Program-made: the position numbers and the translations under genes
The notes under the pieces: model-generated
What the model was told of the DNA's origin: nothing
The model's input: the letters and a program-made list of their open reading frames with translations, nothing else
Databases searched by the model: none
Source: Alphaproteobacteria bacterium
GTDB lineage: Bacteria > Pseudomonadota > Alphaproteobacteria > Rs-D84
DNA: 64,000 nt
Reading direction: 5' to 3'
NCBI GenBank assembly: GCA_017629245.1
Contig: JAGBXO010000003.1
Span: forward strand, 1,897 to 65,896
Shown: positions 45,409 through 55,844 of the stretch, piece after piece
How positions within the stretch are numbered: position 1 is the stretch's first letter
Layout of the letters: every line of letters starts with the position of its first letter

Positions 45409-48069
45409 ATGAGCAATAAATGGGTATATACCTTTGGTAATGGCCAAGCCGAAGGTCAGGCAGATATGAAAAATCTGTTGGGTGGCAAAGGTGCAAATTT
45501 GGCTGAAATGAACTTGGTTGGGCTGCCTGTTCCTGCGGGCTTTACTGTAACAACTGATGTTTGTACATATTACTATGAAAATAATCAAACATATCCATCG
45601 GATTTAATGGACCAGGTACGCAGTGGTATCGCGCATGTTGAATCTATTATGGGTAAAAAATTTGCAGACCTGGAAAATCCATTGTTGGTTTCTGTACGTT
45701 CAGGCGCGCGTGTATCAATGCCAGGCATGATGGATACAGTTTTGAATTTGGGTTTGAATGACGAAACGGTCAAGGCTTTGGCTAAAATTTCTGGCAACGA
45801 ACGTTTTGCATATGATTCATATCGTCGCTTTATCATGATGTTCAGCGAAGTTGTTATGGGCGCAGACATTGATTTGTTTGAACATACCTTGGAACGCATG
45901 AAAGAAGACAAAGGCTATAAACTGGATACAGAATTGACAGCCGATGATTTGAAAGATTTGGTTGAAAAGTTCAAAGAAATTGGCGTTAAAATCGGCAAAG
46001 TATTCCCGCAGGATCCATGGAAACAGTTGGAAATGGGTATCGGTGCTGTGTTTGGCTCTTGGATGAGCAAAAAGGCCATCACATATCGTAAATTGAATAA
46101 TATCCCTGCTGATTGGGGTACCGCAGTTAACGTCCAGGCAATGGTATTCGGTAATTCTGGCGAAGATTCTGCGACCGGCGTATGCTTCAGCCGCGACCCT
46201 GCAACAGGTGAAAACAAATATTATGGTGAATACCTGATTAACGCCCAGGGCGAAGACGTTGTGGCGGGTATCCGTACCCCACAGCCAATGAGCAAAGATG
46301 ACTCAGGTCGTTTATCTTTGGAAGAAGCAATGCCAGCAGTCTATCAGGAACTGTGTGATGTACGTGAAAAATTGGAAAAGCACTACAAAGACATGCAGGA
46401 CATGGAATTCACAATTGAACATGGTAAATTGTGGATGTTGCAGTGCCGTAATGGTAAACGCACGGCTGCCGCTGCGGTTCGTATGGCTGTTGAAATGGTA
46501 GAAGAAGGCCTGTTAACCAAAGAAGAAGCAATCTTGCGTGTTGGTGCAGATCAGTTAGACCACTTGTTGCACCCAATGTTGGACCCACACGCAGAAAAAC
46601 GTGTTATCGCAACAGGTTTGCCTGCATCCCCAGGTGCTGCGGTTGGTCAGGCTGTATTTAACGCCGAAGATGCAGAAAAGTGGGCTGCCGAAGGTAAAAA
46701 GGTAATGTTAATCCGTATCGAAACATCCCCAGAAGATATTGCGGGTATGAATGCAGCTCAGGGTGTTATCACTGCACGCGGTGGTATGACATCGCACGCA
46801 GCGGTTGTGGCACGTGGTATGGGAACGCCATGCGTATCGGGCTCGCCTGATATCAAAATTGATTATGAATCCAAGACATTGAAAACAACATCTGGTGTTG
46901 TTATCAATGAAGGCGATTGGATTTCGATTGATGGTGCTAAAGGTCAGATTATCGAAGGTAAAATCCCAACAGTATCTGTTGAATTAACAGGTAACTTTGG
47001 TACATTGATGGAATGGGTTGACCAGATTAAAACATTAACGGTCAAGGCAAACGCCGAAACACCAAAAGATGCAAAACAGGCGCGTGATTTCGGTGCCGAA
47101 GGTATCGGTCTGGCACGTACAGAACACATGTTCTTTGATCCATCACGTATCCAGGATATGCGCGAAATGATTTTGGCCGAAGACGAAGCTGGTCGTCGCG
47201 CTGCATTGGCAAAACTGTTGCCATATCAGAAAGCAGACTTCATCGAATTGTTCAAAATTATGGATGGTCTGCCTGTGACGGTTCGTTTGATTGATCCGCC
47301 ACTACATGAATTCTTGCCACACACAGATGCAGAAATCGAAGAATTGGCTGCACATATTGGCAAATCTGTAGAATTCATTAAACAACGTGCAGAACAATTG
47401 CATGAACAGAATCCAATGTTGGGGCATCGTGGTTGCCGTCTGGCGATTACATACCCAGAAATCTGCGAAATGCAGACACGCGCGATTCTGTCTGCCGCAT
47501 TAGAAGTTAAAAAGGCTGGCATCCAGGTGTTCCCAGAAATCGAAGTGCCATTGGTTGGCTCTAAGAAAGAAGTGGATATTGTCAAGGCAGTTATTGATGC
47601 CACAGCCCAGTCATTGTTTGCAGAAACAGGCGAATCTGTTGAATACACAGTTGGTTCAATGATTGAATTGCCACGCGCAGCGGTTTTGGCAAATGAAATC
47701 GCAGAATCTTGTGAATTCTTTGAATTTGGAACAAACGACTTGACCCAGACAACATTGGGTATGTCGCGTGATGATACAGCCAAAATCTTGGATGAATATC
47801 GTGCCCGTGGCGTATATGTCGCAGATCCATTCGCGTCTGTTGACCAATTGGGCGTTGGTTTGTTAATCAAAGATGCTGTTAAGAAAGCCCGCGATACCAA
47901 GGGTGAACATATCCACCTGGGTGTATGCGGTGAACATGGTGGTGATCCAGAATCAATCGCATTCTTCCATCAGTGTGGCTTTAACTCAGTCTCTTGTTCT
48001 CCGTTCCGCGTGCCAATCGCGCGTCTGGCTGCTGCCCAGGCTGCGGTTAAGTTCCCGCGTCAGAACTAA
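45409..48069 (+). CDS. ppdK: pyruvate, phosphate dikinase
   Basis: 'GGKGANLAEM' ATP-grasp N-terminus, phosphohistidine region 'GGMTSHAAVVARGMG', PEP-utilising C-terminus. Start at 45409 with RBS AAAGGAGA. Confidence 0.9.
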   Translation: MSNKWVYTFGNGQAEGQADMKNLLGGKGANLAEMNLVGLPVPAGFTVTTDVCTYYYENNQTYPSDLMDQVRSGIAHVESIMGKKFADLENPLLVSVRSGARVSMPGMMDTVLNLGLNDETVKALAKISGNERFAYDSYRRFIMMFSEVVMGADIDLFEHTLERMKEDKGYKLDTELTADDLKDLVEKFKEIGVKIGKVFPQDPWKQLEMGIGAVFGSWMSKKAITYRKLNNIPADWGTAVNVQAMVFGNSGEDSATGVCFSRDPATGENKYYGEYLINAQGEDVVAGIRTPQPMSKDDSGRLSLEEAMPAVYQELCDVREKLEKHYKDMQDMEFTIEHGKLWMLQCRNGKRTAAAAVRMAVEMVEEGLLTKEEAILRVGADQLDHLLHPMLDPHAEKRVIATGLPASPGAAVGQAVFNAEDAEKWAAEGKKVMLIRIETSPEDIAGMNAAQGVITARGGMTSHAAVVARGMGTPCVSGSPDIKIDYESKTLKTTSGVVINEGDWISIDGAKGQIIEGKIPTVSVELTGNFGTLMEWVDQIKTLTVKANAETPKDAKQARDFGAEGIGLARTEHMFFDPSRIQDMREMILAEDEAGRRAALAKLLPYQKADFIELFKIMDGLPVTVRLIDPPLHEFLPHTDAEIEELAAHIGKSVEFIKQRAEQLHEQNPMLGHRGCRLAITYPEICEMQTRAILSAALEVKKAGIQVFPEIEVPLVGSKKEVDIVKAVIDATAQSLFAETGESVEYTVGSMIELPRAAVLANEIAESCEFFEFGTNDLTQTTLGMSRDDTAKILDEYRARGVYVADPFASVDQLGVGLLIKDAVKKARDTKGEHIHLGVCGEHGGDPESIAFFHQCGFNSVSCSPFRVPIARLAAAQAAVKFPRQN

Positions 48070-48100
48070 AAACAAATCCCCACATTCGTGGGGATTTTTA
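48070..48100 (+). terminator. intrinsic terminator (atcccca-cattcg-tggggat + T5)
   Basis: 7-bp stem at 48076-48082/48089-48095. Confidence 0.7.
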
Positions 48101-48149
48101 ATTTTTTAATTATTGACCGCCTTGTCCTTTTTTTACTAAGATTATCTCT

Positions 48150-49355
48150 ATGAGAAGAATGTTCCCATTTTTTTTCACGTGCCTGTTATCCCTGAATGCG
48201 TATGCTGCACAGTATCGTGCGGCCTTGGTTGCAGATATGGATACAGGTCGTGTTCTGTATCAAGAAAACGCAACCGCGCTGAATTATCCGGCCAGTCTGA
48301 CAAAAATAATGACTCTGTATTTGACTTTTGATGCGTTGGAACATGGGCGCCTGGCGTTAGATGATTATTTAATTGTGTCAAAATCCGCCGCCAATGCAGA
48401 ACCTGTAAAATTGGGACTGTCAGCTGGGTCTAAAATCCGTGTCGAAGATGCGATTAAGGCGTTGGCAGTATACAGTGCAAACGATGTTGCGCGTGTTTTA
48501 GCTGAAAACCTAAAAGGTGGCCAGGAAGAATCTTTTGCTGACTTAATGACACGTGTTGCGCGTGAAATTGGTCTGACCAACACTAATTTTGAAAATTCAT
48601 CTGGTCTGCCAAATGATGATCACCTGTCAACTGCGCGCGATATTGCATTGCTGTCAATGGCCGTGTACAAGCATTTTCCGCAATACTGGCATTTCTTTGG
48701 TATTAAGTCTTGGACATATAATGGTAAAACATACACTAATGGAAATCGCCTGTTGTCATCGTTTAATGGCTGTGATGGTATGAAAACCGGGTACACAAAA
48801 AAGTCCAAGTATTCACTGGTTGCAACCGCACATCGTGGGGACAATCATCTGATGTCTGTTGTTTTAGGGGCAGAAAATAAAGATGTTCGCGCCAATATTG
48901 CTGCGCAAATGTTAAACCGTGGTTTTGCGATGTTGGCAAATAACAGCGCGCCAATTGTGAAAAATACATATGTGCCACCGGTCGTGGAAACTGCGCCCGC
49001 ACCCACAGCCACACCGACACCTGCGCCCACACCGGCGGTAAACGCAACCGCCTCAGCAACATTTGCAGGTGCTTATAATGCGGCAACTGCAAATGCAATG
49101 CCAAAATATACGGGCGCATCTGTTGCAAAAAAAACACATGGCGGTACCGGTGTTCAGTTTGGTGCATTTTCATCTGAATCTGCGGCCCAATCCCAGGTTG
49201 CAAATGTAAAAAACAAACTGGGGGCAAATGCGATTGTTGAACCAACGGGTACGGGTTTGTATCGTGTGCGTGTGTATGGGCTGGGTGAAGCAGAAGCGCA
49301 AAAATTAAAATCGTCTGCCACTGCAAACGGTATTGACAGTTATGTTTTTCACTAG
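48150..49355 (+). CDS. D-alanyl-D-alanine carboxypeptidase (PBP5/6, DacC-type) with C-terminal SPOR domain
   Basis: Signal peptide. 'ASLTKIMT' (SxxK) and 'YSANDVA' (SxN). C-terminal 'GVQFGAFSSESAAQ...LYRVRVYGL' is a SPOR domain. Confidence 0.75.
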   Translation: MRRMFPFFFTCLLSLNAYAAQYRAALVADMDTGRVLYQENATALNYPASLTKIMTLYLTFDALEHGRLALDDYLIVSKSAANAEPVKLGLSAGSKIRVEDAIKALAVYSANDVARVLAENLKGGQEESFADLMTRVAREIGLTNTNFENSSGLPNDDHLSTARDIALLSMAVYKHFPQYWHFFGIKSWTYNGKTYTNGNRLLSSFNGCDGMKTGYTKKSKYSLVATAHRGDNHLMSVVLGAENKDVRANIAAQMLNRGFAMLANNSAPIVKNTYVPPVVETAPAPTATPTPAPTPAVNATASATFAGAYNAATANAMPKYTGASVAKKTHGGTGVQFGAFSSESAAQSQVANVKNKLGANAIVEPTGTGLYRVRVYGLGEAEAQKLKSSATANGIDSYVFH

Positions 49356-49371
49356 TATTTTATAATTCACA

Positions 49372-49971
49372 ATGAATCCAAAAATAGAAAAGTTAATTAA
49401 ATTATTTGCACGGCTGCCTCGTGTTGGCAATCGTGGTGGTCAGCGTATCGCCTTGGCGTTATTACAGGATAAAACAGGTCGTGGTAATGCCCTGGCATCT
49501 GCAATTATTGATGCAATGGAAAATATTGCACCTTGTCCAAATTGTGGTGTGTTAACAGACCGTGGTGGTGGTGTGTGTGAATTTTGTCGTGATGCATCGC
49601 GACAAAACGGTGGGCTGTGTATTGTGCGCGACCTGTCCGATGTTTGGACATTGGAAAAGTCTTCTGTGTTTCATGGTCGGTATCATATTATTGGCGGATT
49701 GCTATCTGGCGCATCTGGCGTTCTGCCCCAGGATTTAAATATTCAAAATCTGGCATCGCGTATCGCAGCAGAAAAGATAACCGAAATTATTTTTGCCCTG
49801 CCAAACACAGTAGAAGGTAAAACAACCCAGCATTACATAATGTCTGTTTTATCAGATTGTTCTGAAGTTGCATTTACAGAACTTGCATCTGGGGTACCGT
49901 TGGGTGGTGAATTAGATTATATTGACGATGGAACTTTGTCGTTGGCGTTTGGGGGGCGTAAATCATTATGA
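49372..49971 (+). CDS. recR: recombination protein RecR
   Basis: C4 zinc finger 'CPNCGVLTDRGGGVCEFC' and a Toprim domain. Confidence 0.85.
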   Translation: MNPKIEKLIKLFARLPRVGNRGGQRIALALLQDKTGRGNALASAIIDAMENIAPCPNCGVLTDRGGGVCEFCRDASRQNGGLCIVRDLSDVWTLEKSSVFHGRYHIIGGLLSGASGVLPQDLNIQNLASRIAAEKITEIIFALPNTVEGKTTQHYIMSVLSDCSEVAFTELASGVPLGGELDYIDDGTLSLAFGGRKSL

Positions 49972-50792
49972 TGGATAAAATTGCAAACCTGCCACCTGTA
50001 TCAGAAATGATGCGTGATTGCGGACTGGAACCCAAAAAACAATTTGGACAAAATTTCTTGTTTGATTTGAATCTGACCGGTCGCATTGCGCGCAGTGTTC
50101 CCGATATTACGCACACCCCAGTGATAGAGGTTGGCCCCGGTCCAGCCGGACTTACCCGTGCGATTCTGATGGCGGGCGCACCGCGCCTGATTGCAATTGA
50201 GAAAGATAAAACAACTGCGCCAATTTTATCGCAAATTATTGATGCATCAGATGGTCGTTTAAGTGTTATTTATGATGATGCGCTGCGCGTTGATTTTTCT
50301 GCATTGGGTGTCACAGAATACGCGATTTGCGCAAATTTGCCATATAATGTTGGCACAGAATTATTGATTGGTTGGTTGCAAAAAATCGCCCACGGCGAAT
50401 CTATTAAATCATTAACATTAATGTTCCAACGCGAAGTGGCACTGCGTATCACTGCACATCCCGGCGACGAACATTATGGTCGTCTGGCGGTTTTGACATC
50501 TTTGATTTCAGACAGCAAAATTTTATTTGATGTCCCAAATACTGCATTTGTTCCACGCCCACGGGTACAAAGCGCGGTTGTGCAAATTATTCCAAACGCA
50601 GATAAAATTTCCAAGATAACCGATTTATCAAAAATAGAACAAATAACCGCCAAATTATTTGGTATGCGTCGCAAGATGATTCGTGGTATCATGCCAAATG
50701 TTGATTGGGAACGCTTTGGTTTGACTGGAACCGAACGCGCAGAAAATTTATCGCCAGAAATGTTTGCAACATTGGCAGAAAATTTGTTATAA
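49968..50792 (+). CDS. rsmA: 16S rRNA (adenine1518/1519-N6)-dimethyltransferase
   Basis: 'KKQFGQNFLFD' and 'VIEVGPGPAGLT' SAM motif. ATGA overlap with recR. Confidence 0.85.
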   Translation: MMDKIANLPPVSEMMRDCGLEPKKQFGQNFLFDLNLTGRIARSVPDITHTPVIEVGPGPAGLTRAILMAGAPRLIAIEKDKTTAPILSQIIDASDGRLSVIYDDALRVDFSALGVTEYAICANLPYNVGTELLIGWLQKIAHGESIKSLTLMFQREVALRITAHPGDEHYGRLAVLTSLISDSKILFDVPNTAFVPRPRVQSAVVQIIPNADKISKITDLSKIEQITAKLFGMRRKMIRGIMPNVDWERFGLTGTERAENLSPEMFATLAENLL

Positions 50793-50823
50793 TTTTTCTA
50801 TCAGGGAAAAAACGGAGAGAATA

Positions 50824-52533
50824 TTGTCACTGTCACTTCTTGCATTTTTTGCAGTCGCGTTTGGTCTGGTTTATTTCTTTCGTCTGGGGCGTATCAGTTC
50901 GCTGGCGGCATTTTTGTTGGTTGGTGTTTTGTCTGGGCCGCATGTTTTTAATTTGTTTGAATTATCTGAAACATGGACTTTTCTGGGCGAACTGGGGATA
51001 ATGTTTTTATGGTTTAATATCGGTCTGGAAATAAACATTCGTCGCCTATGGCGCATGCGCAGAACGATTTTTGGTTTCGGCGCAGCCCAGGTTATGATGG
51101 TTGCCGTTATGTTATTCCCGTTGTTATTTGGTGTGACCCAGTGGTCAATAATGGGCTGTATCATGGTGTCACTGATGCTGGCCATGTCCAGTACATCTGC
51201 CGACATGCAGGTTTTAAATGAACGTAATCAGTTCAATACAGATATGGGGCGCCAAACATTTTCTATATTATTGTTCCAAGATTTGTTATCAATTCCGCTG
51301 TTGGCGATGTTGCCGATTTTTGCCGGTAAAACATTTAGTCTGGGTGCGGCGGCAATTGATGTTTTTGTCACATCTGTTGCGTTAATTTTGGCGGTTATAT
51401 TGATTGGTCGTTTTATAATGAATCCAATCTTTCGCCAGATTGGAAAGTTAAAATCCAAAGAGGCATTTTTGCTGGCCATAATGCTAAACATTGTTATCTG
51501 GGCGGTTGTGATTGATTGGTTGGGGTTGCCATCTGGTTTGGGGGCATTTATGGCGGGGATGTTAATGTCTGAAACAATTTATCGCCACCAGATAACCGCA
51601 GAAATAACCCCATACGCAACACTGTTTCTGGCGCTGTTCTTTATATCGCTGGGAATGGGATTGAATTTACCATTCTTGGGGGCGAATTGGTACATGGTAT
51701 TGGGTGGACTAGTTGTGTTTGTTGCTTTAAAGTTCTATGCGATATTCATGGTTGCACGTGTTCGTGGTGTGAATGTTATGGATTCTACAATGATTGCATT
51801 AATCTTGGCCCAGGGGGGGGAGTTTGCATTGCTGATGTTGCAGACGATGAAGACATCGGGCATTCGCGCAATACCTGCCGGCCACGAAGAAATCATAACT
51901 GCAATAATCGTAGTTTCTATTATGCTGACACCATTATTGTTGTGTCTGCACGATTATTTACAACGCCGTGGTAAATTGTTGCCACAACGTCACCCACGCG
52001 CACTGGATGATGCAGACAAAAATGTTAACCCTGATGTTATTGTTTGTGGCTTTGGTCGCGTTGGTCAAATTGTATGCCAGATGTTGGATGCCCAGGGTAT
52101 ACCATATATTGCCATTGATTTAGATGTCAGTTCTGTCATGATGGGGCGCGAAATGGGCTTTAATGTTGTCTATGGCGATACGACAAATCGCGCAGTATTG
52201 ACCGAGTTTGGCCTGCGACCACGTGCGGTGCGTGCGGTTGTTGTTGCGCTGGATAATGCATCCACGGCACGCAAAACGGTGTTGACCGTAAAATCAATTG
52301 CCCCCCGGGTCAAGATTTTTGCCCGTGCACGCAACCTGGCCGACACCCAAATGTTAATGCGCGAAGGTGTTGTATCCGCATTGCCCGAAACGATTGAGTC
52401 TTCATTCATGCTGGGGCAGGGGGTATTAAACCATATTGGGATACCTGATGCACAAATCAATGAACTGTTATCAGAAATGCGACACAATAATTATTCTGCA
52501 TTATCTACGGTTATTTCGGATAAAAACGATTAA
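50824..52533 (+). CDS. CPA2-family monovalent cation:proton antiporter with C-terminal RCK/TrkA-N domain (KefB-like)
   Basis: Polytopic N-terminal domain plus Rossmann 'VIVCGFGRVGQIVCQML'. Start proposed at TTG 50824 (RBS GGAGAG 8 nt upstream). An ATG at 50764 overlapping rsmA is the alternative. Confidence 0.7.
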   Translation: MSLSLLAFFAVAFGLVYFFRLGRISSLAAFLLVGVLSGPHVFNLFELSETWTFLGELGIMFLWFNIGLEINIRRLWRMRRTIFGFGAAQVMMVAVMLFPLLFGVTQWSIMGCIMVSLMLAMSSTSADMQVLNERNQFNTDMGRQTFSILLFQDLLSIPLLAMLPIFAGKTFSLGAAAIDVFVTSVALILAVILIGRFIMNPIFRQIGKLKSKEAFLLAIMLNIVIWAVVIDWLGLPSGLGAFMAGMLMSETIYRHQITAEITPYATLFLALFFISLGMGLNLPFLGANWYMVLGGLVVFVALKFYAIFMVARVRGVNVMDSTMIALILAQGGEFALLMLQTMKTSGIRAIPAGHEEIITAIIVVSIMLTPLLLCLHDYLQRRGKLLPQRHPRALDDADKNVNPDVIVCGFGRVGQIVCQMLDAQGIPYIAIDLDVSSVMMGREMGFNVVYGDTTNRAVLTEFGLRPRAVRAVVVALDNASTARKTVLTVKSIAPRVKIFARARNLADTQMLMREGVVSALPETIESSFMLGQGVLNHIGIPDAQINELLSEMRHNNYSALSTVISDKND

Positions 52534-52620
52534 TATCTTGTCCCCAAATTGGGGACATTTTATTTGCATTTGTATATATATATTGCTATATTTACAACCT
52601 GAAAAATGGAAAGGTTGCAG

Positions 52621-53157
52621 ATGAAAAAAATAACATTAATTCTGTCAGTGATTTTTGGTGCAATTATCCTTGATCAATTGTCCAAGGGGATATTGCTGTA
52701 CCTAATAACGGGCACGGTTCCACTGTATGGACCTGCGTGGGAAATTGTACCGGTGCCATACCTGATGGCGCATGTGTGCGATATCTTTAATTTTGTGTTT
52801 ACATGGAATCCGGGTACATCCTTTTCATTGTTTCGCGCATTGGGTGAATCTGCGCCAATCGTACTGGTTATCGCAACTGCATTTGTAATTGGATTTATTT
52901 TGCGCTATTTGTTTGTCCGTGCCCAATCGTATGAACGTGTGCCCCTGGCATTAATCGCAGGTGGTGCGATTGGTAATTTAATTGACCGCATTCGCTTTGG
53001 CGCGGTGGTTGATTTTTTGGACTTTCATATTGGCGGTTGGCATTGGCCGGCATTTAATATCGCAGACATTTGCATCTGTGTTGGTGTGGGTTTATACTTG
53101 CTAAATATGTATTTGGCGCGTCGTAAATGTTTAAAAACAATAAAGGATGGTAAATAA
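52621..53157 (+). CDS. lspA: lipoprotein signal peptidase II
   Basis: 'FNFVFTWNPGTSFSL' and 'GGAIGNLIDRIRFGAVVDFLDF...NIAD' are LspA motifs. Confidence 0.85.
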   Translation: MKKITLILSVIFGAIILDQLSKGILLYLITGTVPLYGPAWEIVPVPYLMAHVCDIFNFVFTWNPGTSFSLFRALGESAPIVLVIATAFVIGFILRYLFVRAQSYERVPLALIAGGAIGNLIDRIRFGAVVDFLDFHIGGWHWPAFNIADICICVGVGLYLLNMYLARRKCLKTIKDGK

Positions 53158-53159
53158 TC

Positions 53160-54728
53160 ATGGTTCAGTATATGGATAATAAAAATTCAGGTTTTAATAT
53201 GTGGAACGCGAACAAGAATGCTGCCACCACGACCAAGCGGTCACCATTTTCTGGCTTCTTGTGGTGGACGATGATTTTCATCGCGTCATGGTGGTTAATC
53301 GGTGTGCTTATGGGCCCGAAACAGGTTGCACAACCCGACGCAGACACCACCGTTGTTGAAGATTTAACGGCGGTGCCGACCTATGAAATCAAGTCAGATA
53401 ATATCACCGCATCTGTTCAAGGGTTGCGCATATCGGATGTATCGCTGACCGATTTTGCACGCACATCTGACGACCCAACACCTGTGTCATTGTTGGGGGG
53501 TGATAATGATTATGTCGAAGTTGGACTATTGGCCACCGGCACAACCGCACCTGTTTCAACAACCGTTTGGAAAGCGGGCGATAACAAATACACATGGCGT
53601 AATTCTGATGGTGTAAATTTCACGCGCACTATTGATACAGATGGCTATACAATAACCATTACAGATACAATGCAGAACAATTCTGGTCACGATGTTGCGT
53701 TTGCGCCATACGCGCGCATTGTACGTGAAAATAATATGAAATCTGCATCGGGGGTTTCTAATGGTGCAATTGCATATGTAAATTCAGACACAGAATCTGT
53801 CGCATGGCAGAAACTGGATAAGCAGTCCTATGCCTATTCTACAACAAATGGTTTTGCAGGCTTTGCGGACCAGTATTGGGAAACAGTCGCCGCAATTTCA
53901 TCCCCTGACCAAACAATCCGCATGAAAAAAAGTGGCGACAAATACATTGCCGACACGGCGGCATCTGCGGTACCTGTGGCAAATGGTGCGACCGCGACGA
54001 TTACAACAAATATCTTTGTCGGCCCCCGCGACCAAAGTATCCTGGATACTGTTGAATCGAAAATCCCTGGCATCGCAGAAACAATTGATTATGGATGGTT
54101 CTGGTTCTTGGCGCGTCCAATGTTGTGGGTATTGAATGGCATACATCATGTTGTTATGAATTATGGTGTTGCAATTATTATCATGACAATATTGCTGCGC
54201 ATGTTGATGTGGCCATTGACGCGTAAATCCTATGTGTCCATGGCAGCCATGCAGAAAATGCAGCCTGAAATGCAACGCATCCAGAAATTGTACGCCAACG
54301 ATAAAATGCGTCTGCAGATGGAAATGATGAAACTGTATCAAACACACAAGACATCACCCATGTCAGGCTGTCTGCCAATGCTGATTCAGATTCCAATCTT
54401 TTTCGCATTGTACAAGGCCCTGTTGATATCTGTTGCGATGCGCAATGCCCACTTTTTGTGGATATCAGATTTATCTGCAATGGATCCATACTTTATTTTG
54501 CCGATATTGATGGGCGCAACCATGTGGTTGCAGCAACGGTTGCAGTCAGCCAAAACAAACAATTCTGGCAATGATGCCGTTGCCCAGACCCAGCGAATGA
54601 TGCGTTGGATGCCGATATTATTTACCATAATGTTTGCATGGATGCCGGCGGGTCTGGTACTGTATTGGACAGTATCAAATATCTTTGGCATAATCCAAAT
54701 GCAGATAATCAAGCGTCAGTCAAAATAA
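53160..54728 (+). CDS. yidC: membrane protein insertase YidC
   Basis: Large periplasmic N-domain plus a 5-TM C-terminal core ('...MQKMQPEMQRIQKLY...'). Confidence 0.85.
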   Translation: MVQYMDNKNSGFNMWNANKNAATTTKRSPFSGFLWWTMIFIASWWLIGVLMGPKQVAQPDADTTVVEDLTAVPTYEIKSDNITASVQGLRISDVSLTDFARTSDDPTPVSLLGGDNDYVEVGLLATGTTAPVSTTVWKAGDNKYTWRNSDGVNFTRTIDTDGYTITITDTMQNNSGHDVAFAPYARIVRENNMKSASGVSNGAIAYVNSDTESVAWQKLDKQSYAYSTTNGFAGFADQYWETVAAISSPDQTIRMKKSGDKYIADTAASAVPVANGATATITTNIFVGPRDQSILDTVESKIPGIAETIDYGWFWFLARPMLWVLNGIHHVVMNYGVAIIIMTILLRMLMWPLTRKSYVSMAAMQKMQPEMQRIQKLYANDKMRLQMEMMKLYQTHKTSPMSGCLPMLIQIPIFFALYKALLISVAMRNAHFLWISDLSAMDPYFILPILMGATMWLQQRLQSAKTNNSGNDAVAQTQRMMRWMPILFTIMFAWMPAGLVLYWTVSNIFGIIQMQIIKRQSK

Positions 54729-54729
54729 A

Positions 54730-54760
54730 ACAAAATCCCGCCAAACGGCGGGTTTTATTT
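54730..54760. terminator. bidirectional intrinsic terminator (cccgcc-aaac-ggcggg)
   Basis: Hairpin at 54737-54752 with A/T runs on both sides. Confidence 0.65.
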
Positions 54761-54761
54761 A

Positions 54762-55458
54762 TCACAATTCAAAGCAAGATTTTTTTGGAAATTTTTTGCC
54801 TAAAAAGTCTTGATTTTGTTTTCGGATTTCGTCATTGGTTCTGACAGTATCGTTTATACAAAACAAAGGCGGATTGATGTTTTTCAGCGCAGTTTTTGCA
54901 TCTTCGCAATATACGGGCGCATTCAAACATTTTTTTCTGTGTATCAGGTTGTAAATAAAATGTTTGCGGTGTTTAAAATGTCGTGCACGCTTAAAGATTG
55001 CGCGACCATGAACCAAATCATACAAATTGAAAATCCAACGTTGCAGTTCCCAATCGGTTCTAAATTTATTTTTGATTTGCGAATCGATATCTCGTTTCAG
55101 CATAGGATGATTTCTGCATTGTATCACAGAAGATTTTATACAACGCATCTGGTGTTTGAACGCGTAAATTCCGCATTCCAATCGCAATTTTTGCCAACTG
55201 CACACATGTCCACGCCTGATATTTATCAAGATTTTGCCCCTGCACACCCGGCAGACATACAAACACCCATCCATGTTGTGTCAGTATTTTAATATCGCGC
55301 CACCTTAATTTTATTTTTACGATTTTGTTGCGATGCACAAATTGATACATTGTTAAACATGCACCCGTTGAATAAATTACCGCGACATGCCTAAAATCCC
55401 GACAAAAGATTCGTGGCAAAACCTTGGATGTTTTATGTGTAAAGCCAATAATAATCAT
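54762..55458 (-). pseudogene. probable frameshifted pseudogene of unknown function
   Basis: Two same-strand ORFs (55066-55458 and 54762-55274) overlap by about 200 nt in different frames. There is no RBS for the downstream one. Consistent with a single decayed gene. Confidence 0.3.
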
Positions 55459-55469
55459 ATTTTTATCCT

Positions 55470-55495
55470 TTGATAACGCCCCATATGGGGCGTGG
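55470..55495 (-). terminator. possible terminator (acgcccc-atat-ggggcgt)
   Basis: 7-bp GC stem just downstream of the stop of 55500-55844. Weak T-run. Confidence 0.3.
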
Positions 55496-55499
55496 TTAT

Positions 55500-55844
55500 T
55501 TATTCAATCCATCCGCGTGCACGCGCAGTTGTTTCAATAATATTCATCGCACGGTCCCATAGTCCTGCGTCGCGATTTTCGTTCCAAATATATTGGTGTG
55601 GCGCGCGCCGACGATCACCATATTTTTTCATAACAGATAATTGTTCATCGCTCAGTCGTCCCGACAAATACAGTTTTGTAATCATTGATTCCACATCCAG
55701 TATTTCACATGGCCGTCGTGTTGCGGCCGCGCGCATACGACCAAAATTATTTGCGCGCACTTGCTTTGAATACAGAAACCAGAACCACAGTTGTTCCCCC
55801 GATTGAAATTTTTCTGCATTAATGTTTACCTGTGTTTGTGTCAT
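55500..55844 (-). CDS. hypothetical protein (114 aa)
   Basis: Clean ORF with RBS (AAAGGAGAAAGAAAGTATG on the minus strand). No motif recognised. Confidence 0.45.
   Translation of the reverse strand: MTQTQVNINAEKFQSGEQLWFWFLYSKQVRANNFGRMRAAATRRPCEILDVESMITKLYLSGRLSDEQLSVMKKYGDRRRAPHQYIWNENRDAGLWDRAMNIIETTARARGWIE

Noticed and set aside
50764-50823. ATG start for the KefB-like antiporter overlapping rsmA by 29 nt
   Set aside because: The translated extension is hydrophilic and un-KefB-like. TTG at 50824 has a GGAGAG RBS and begins directly with the first TM. Kept as the alternative.
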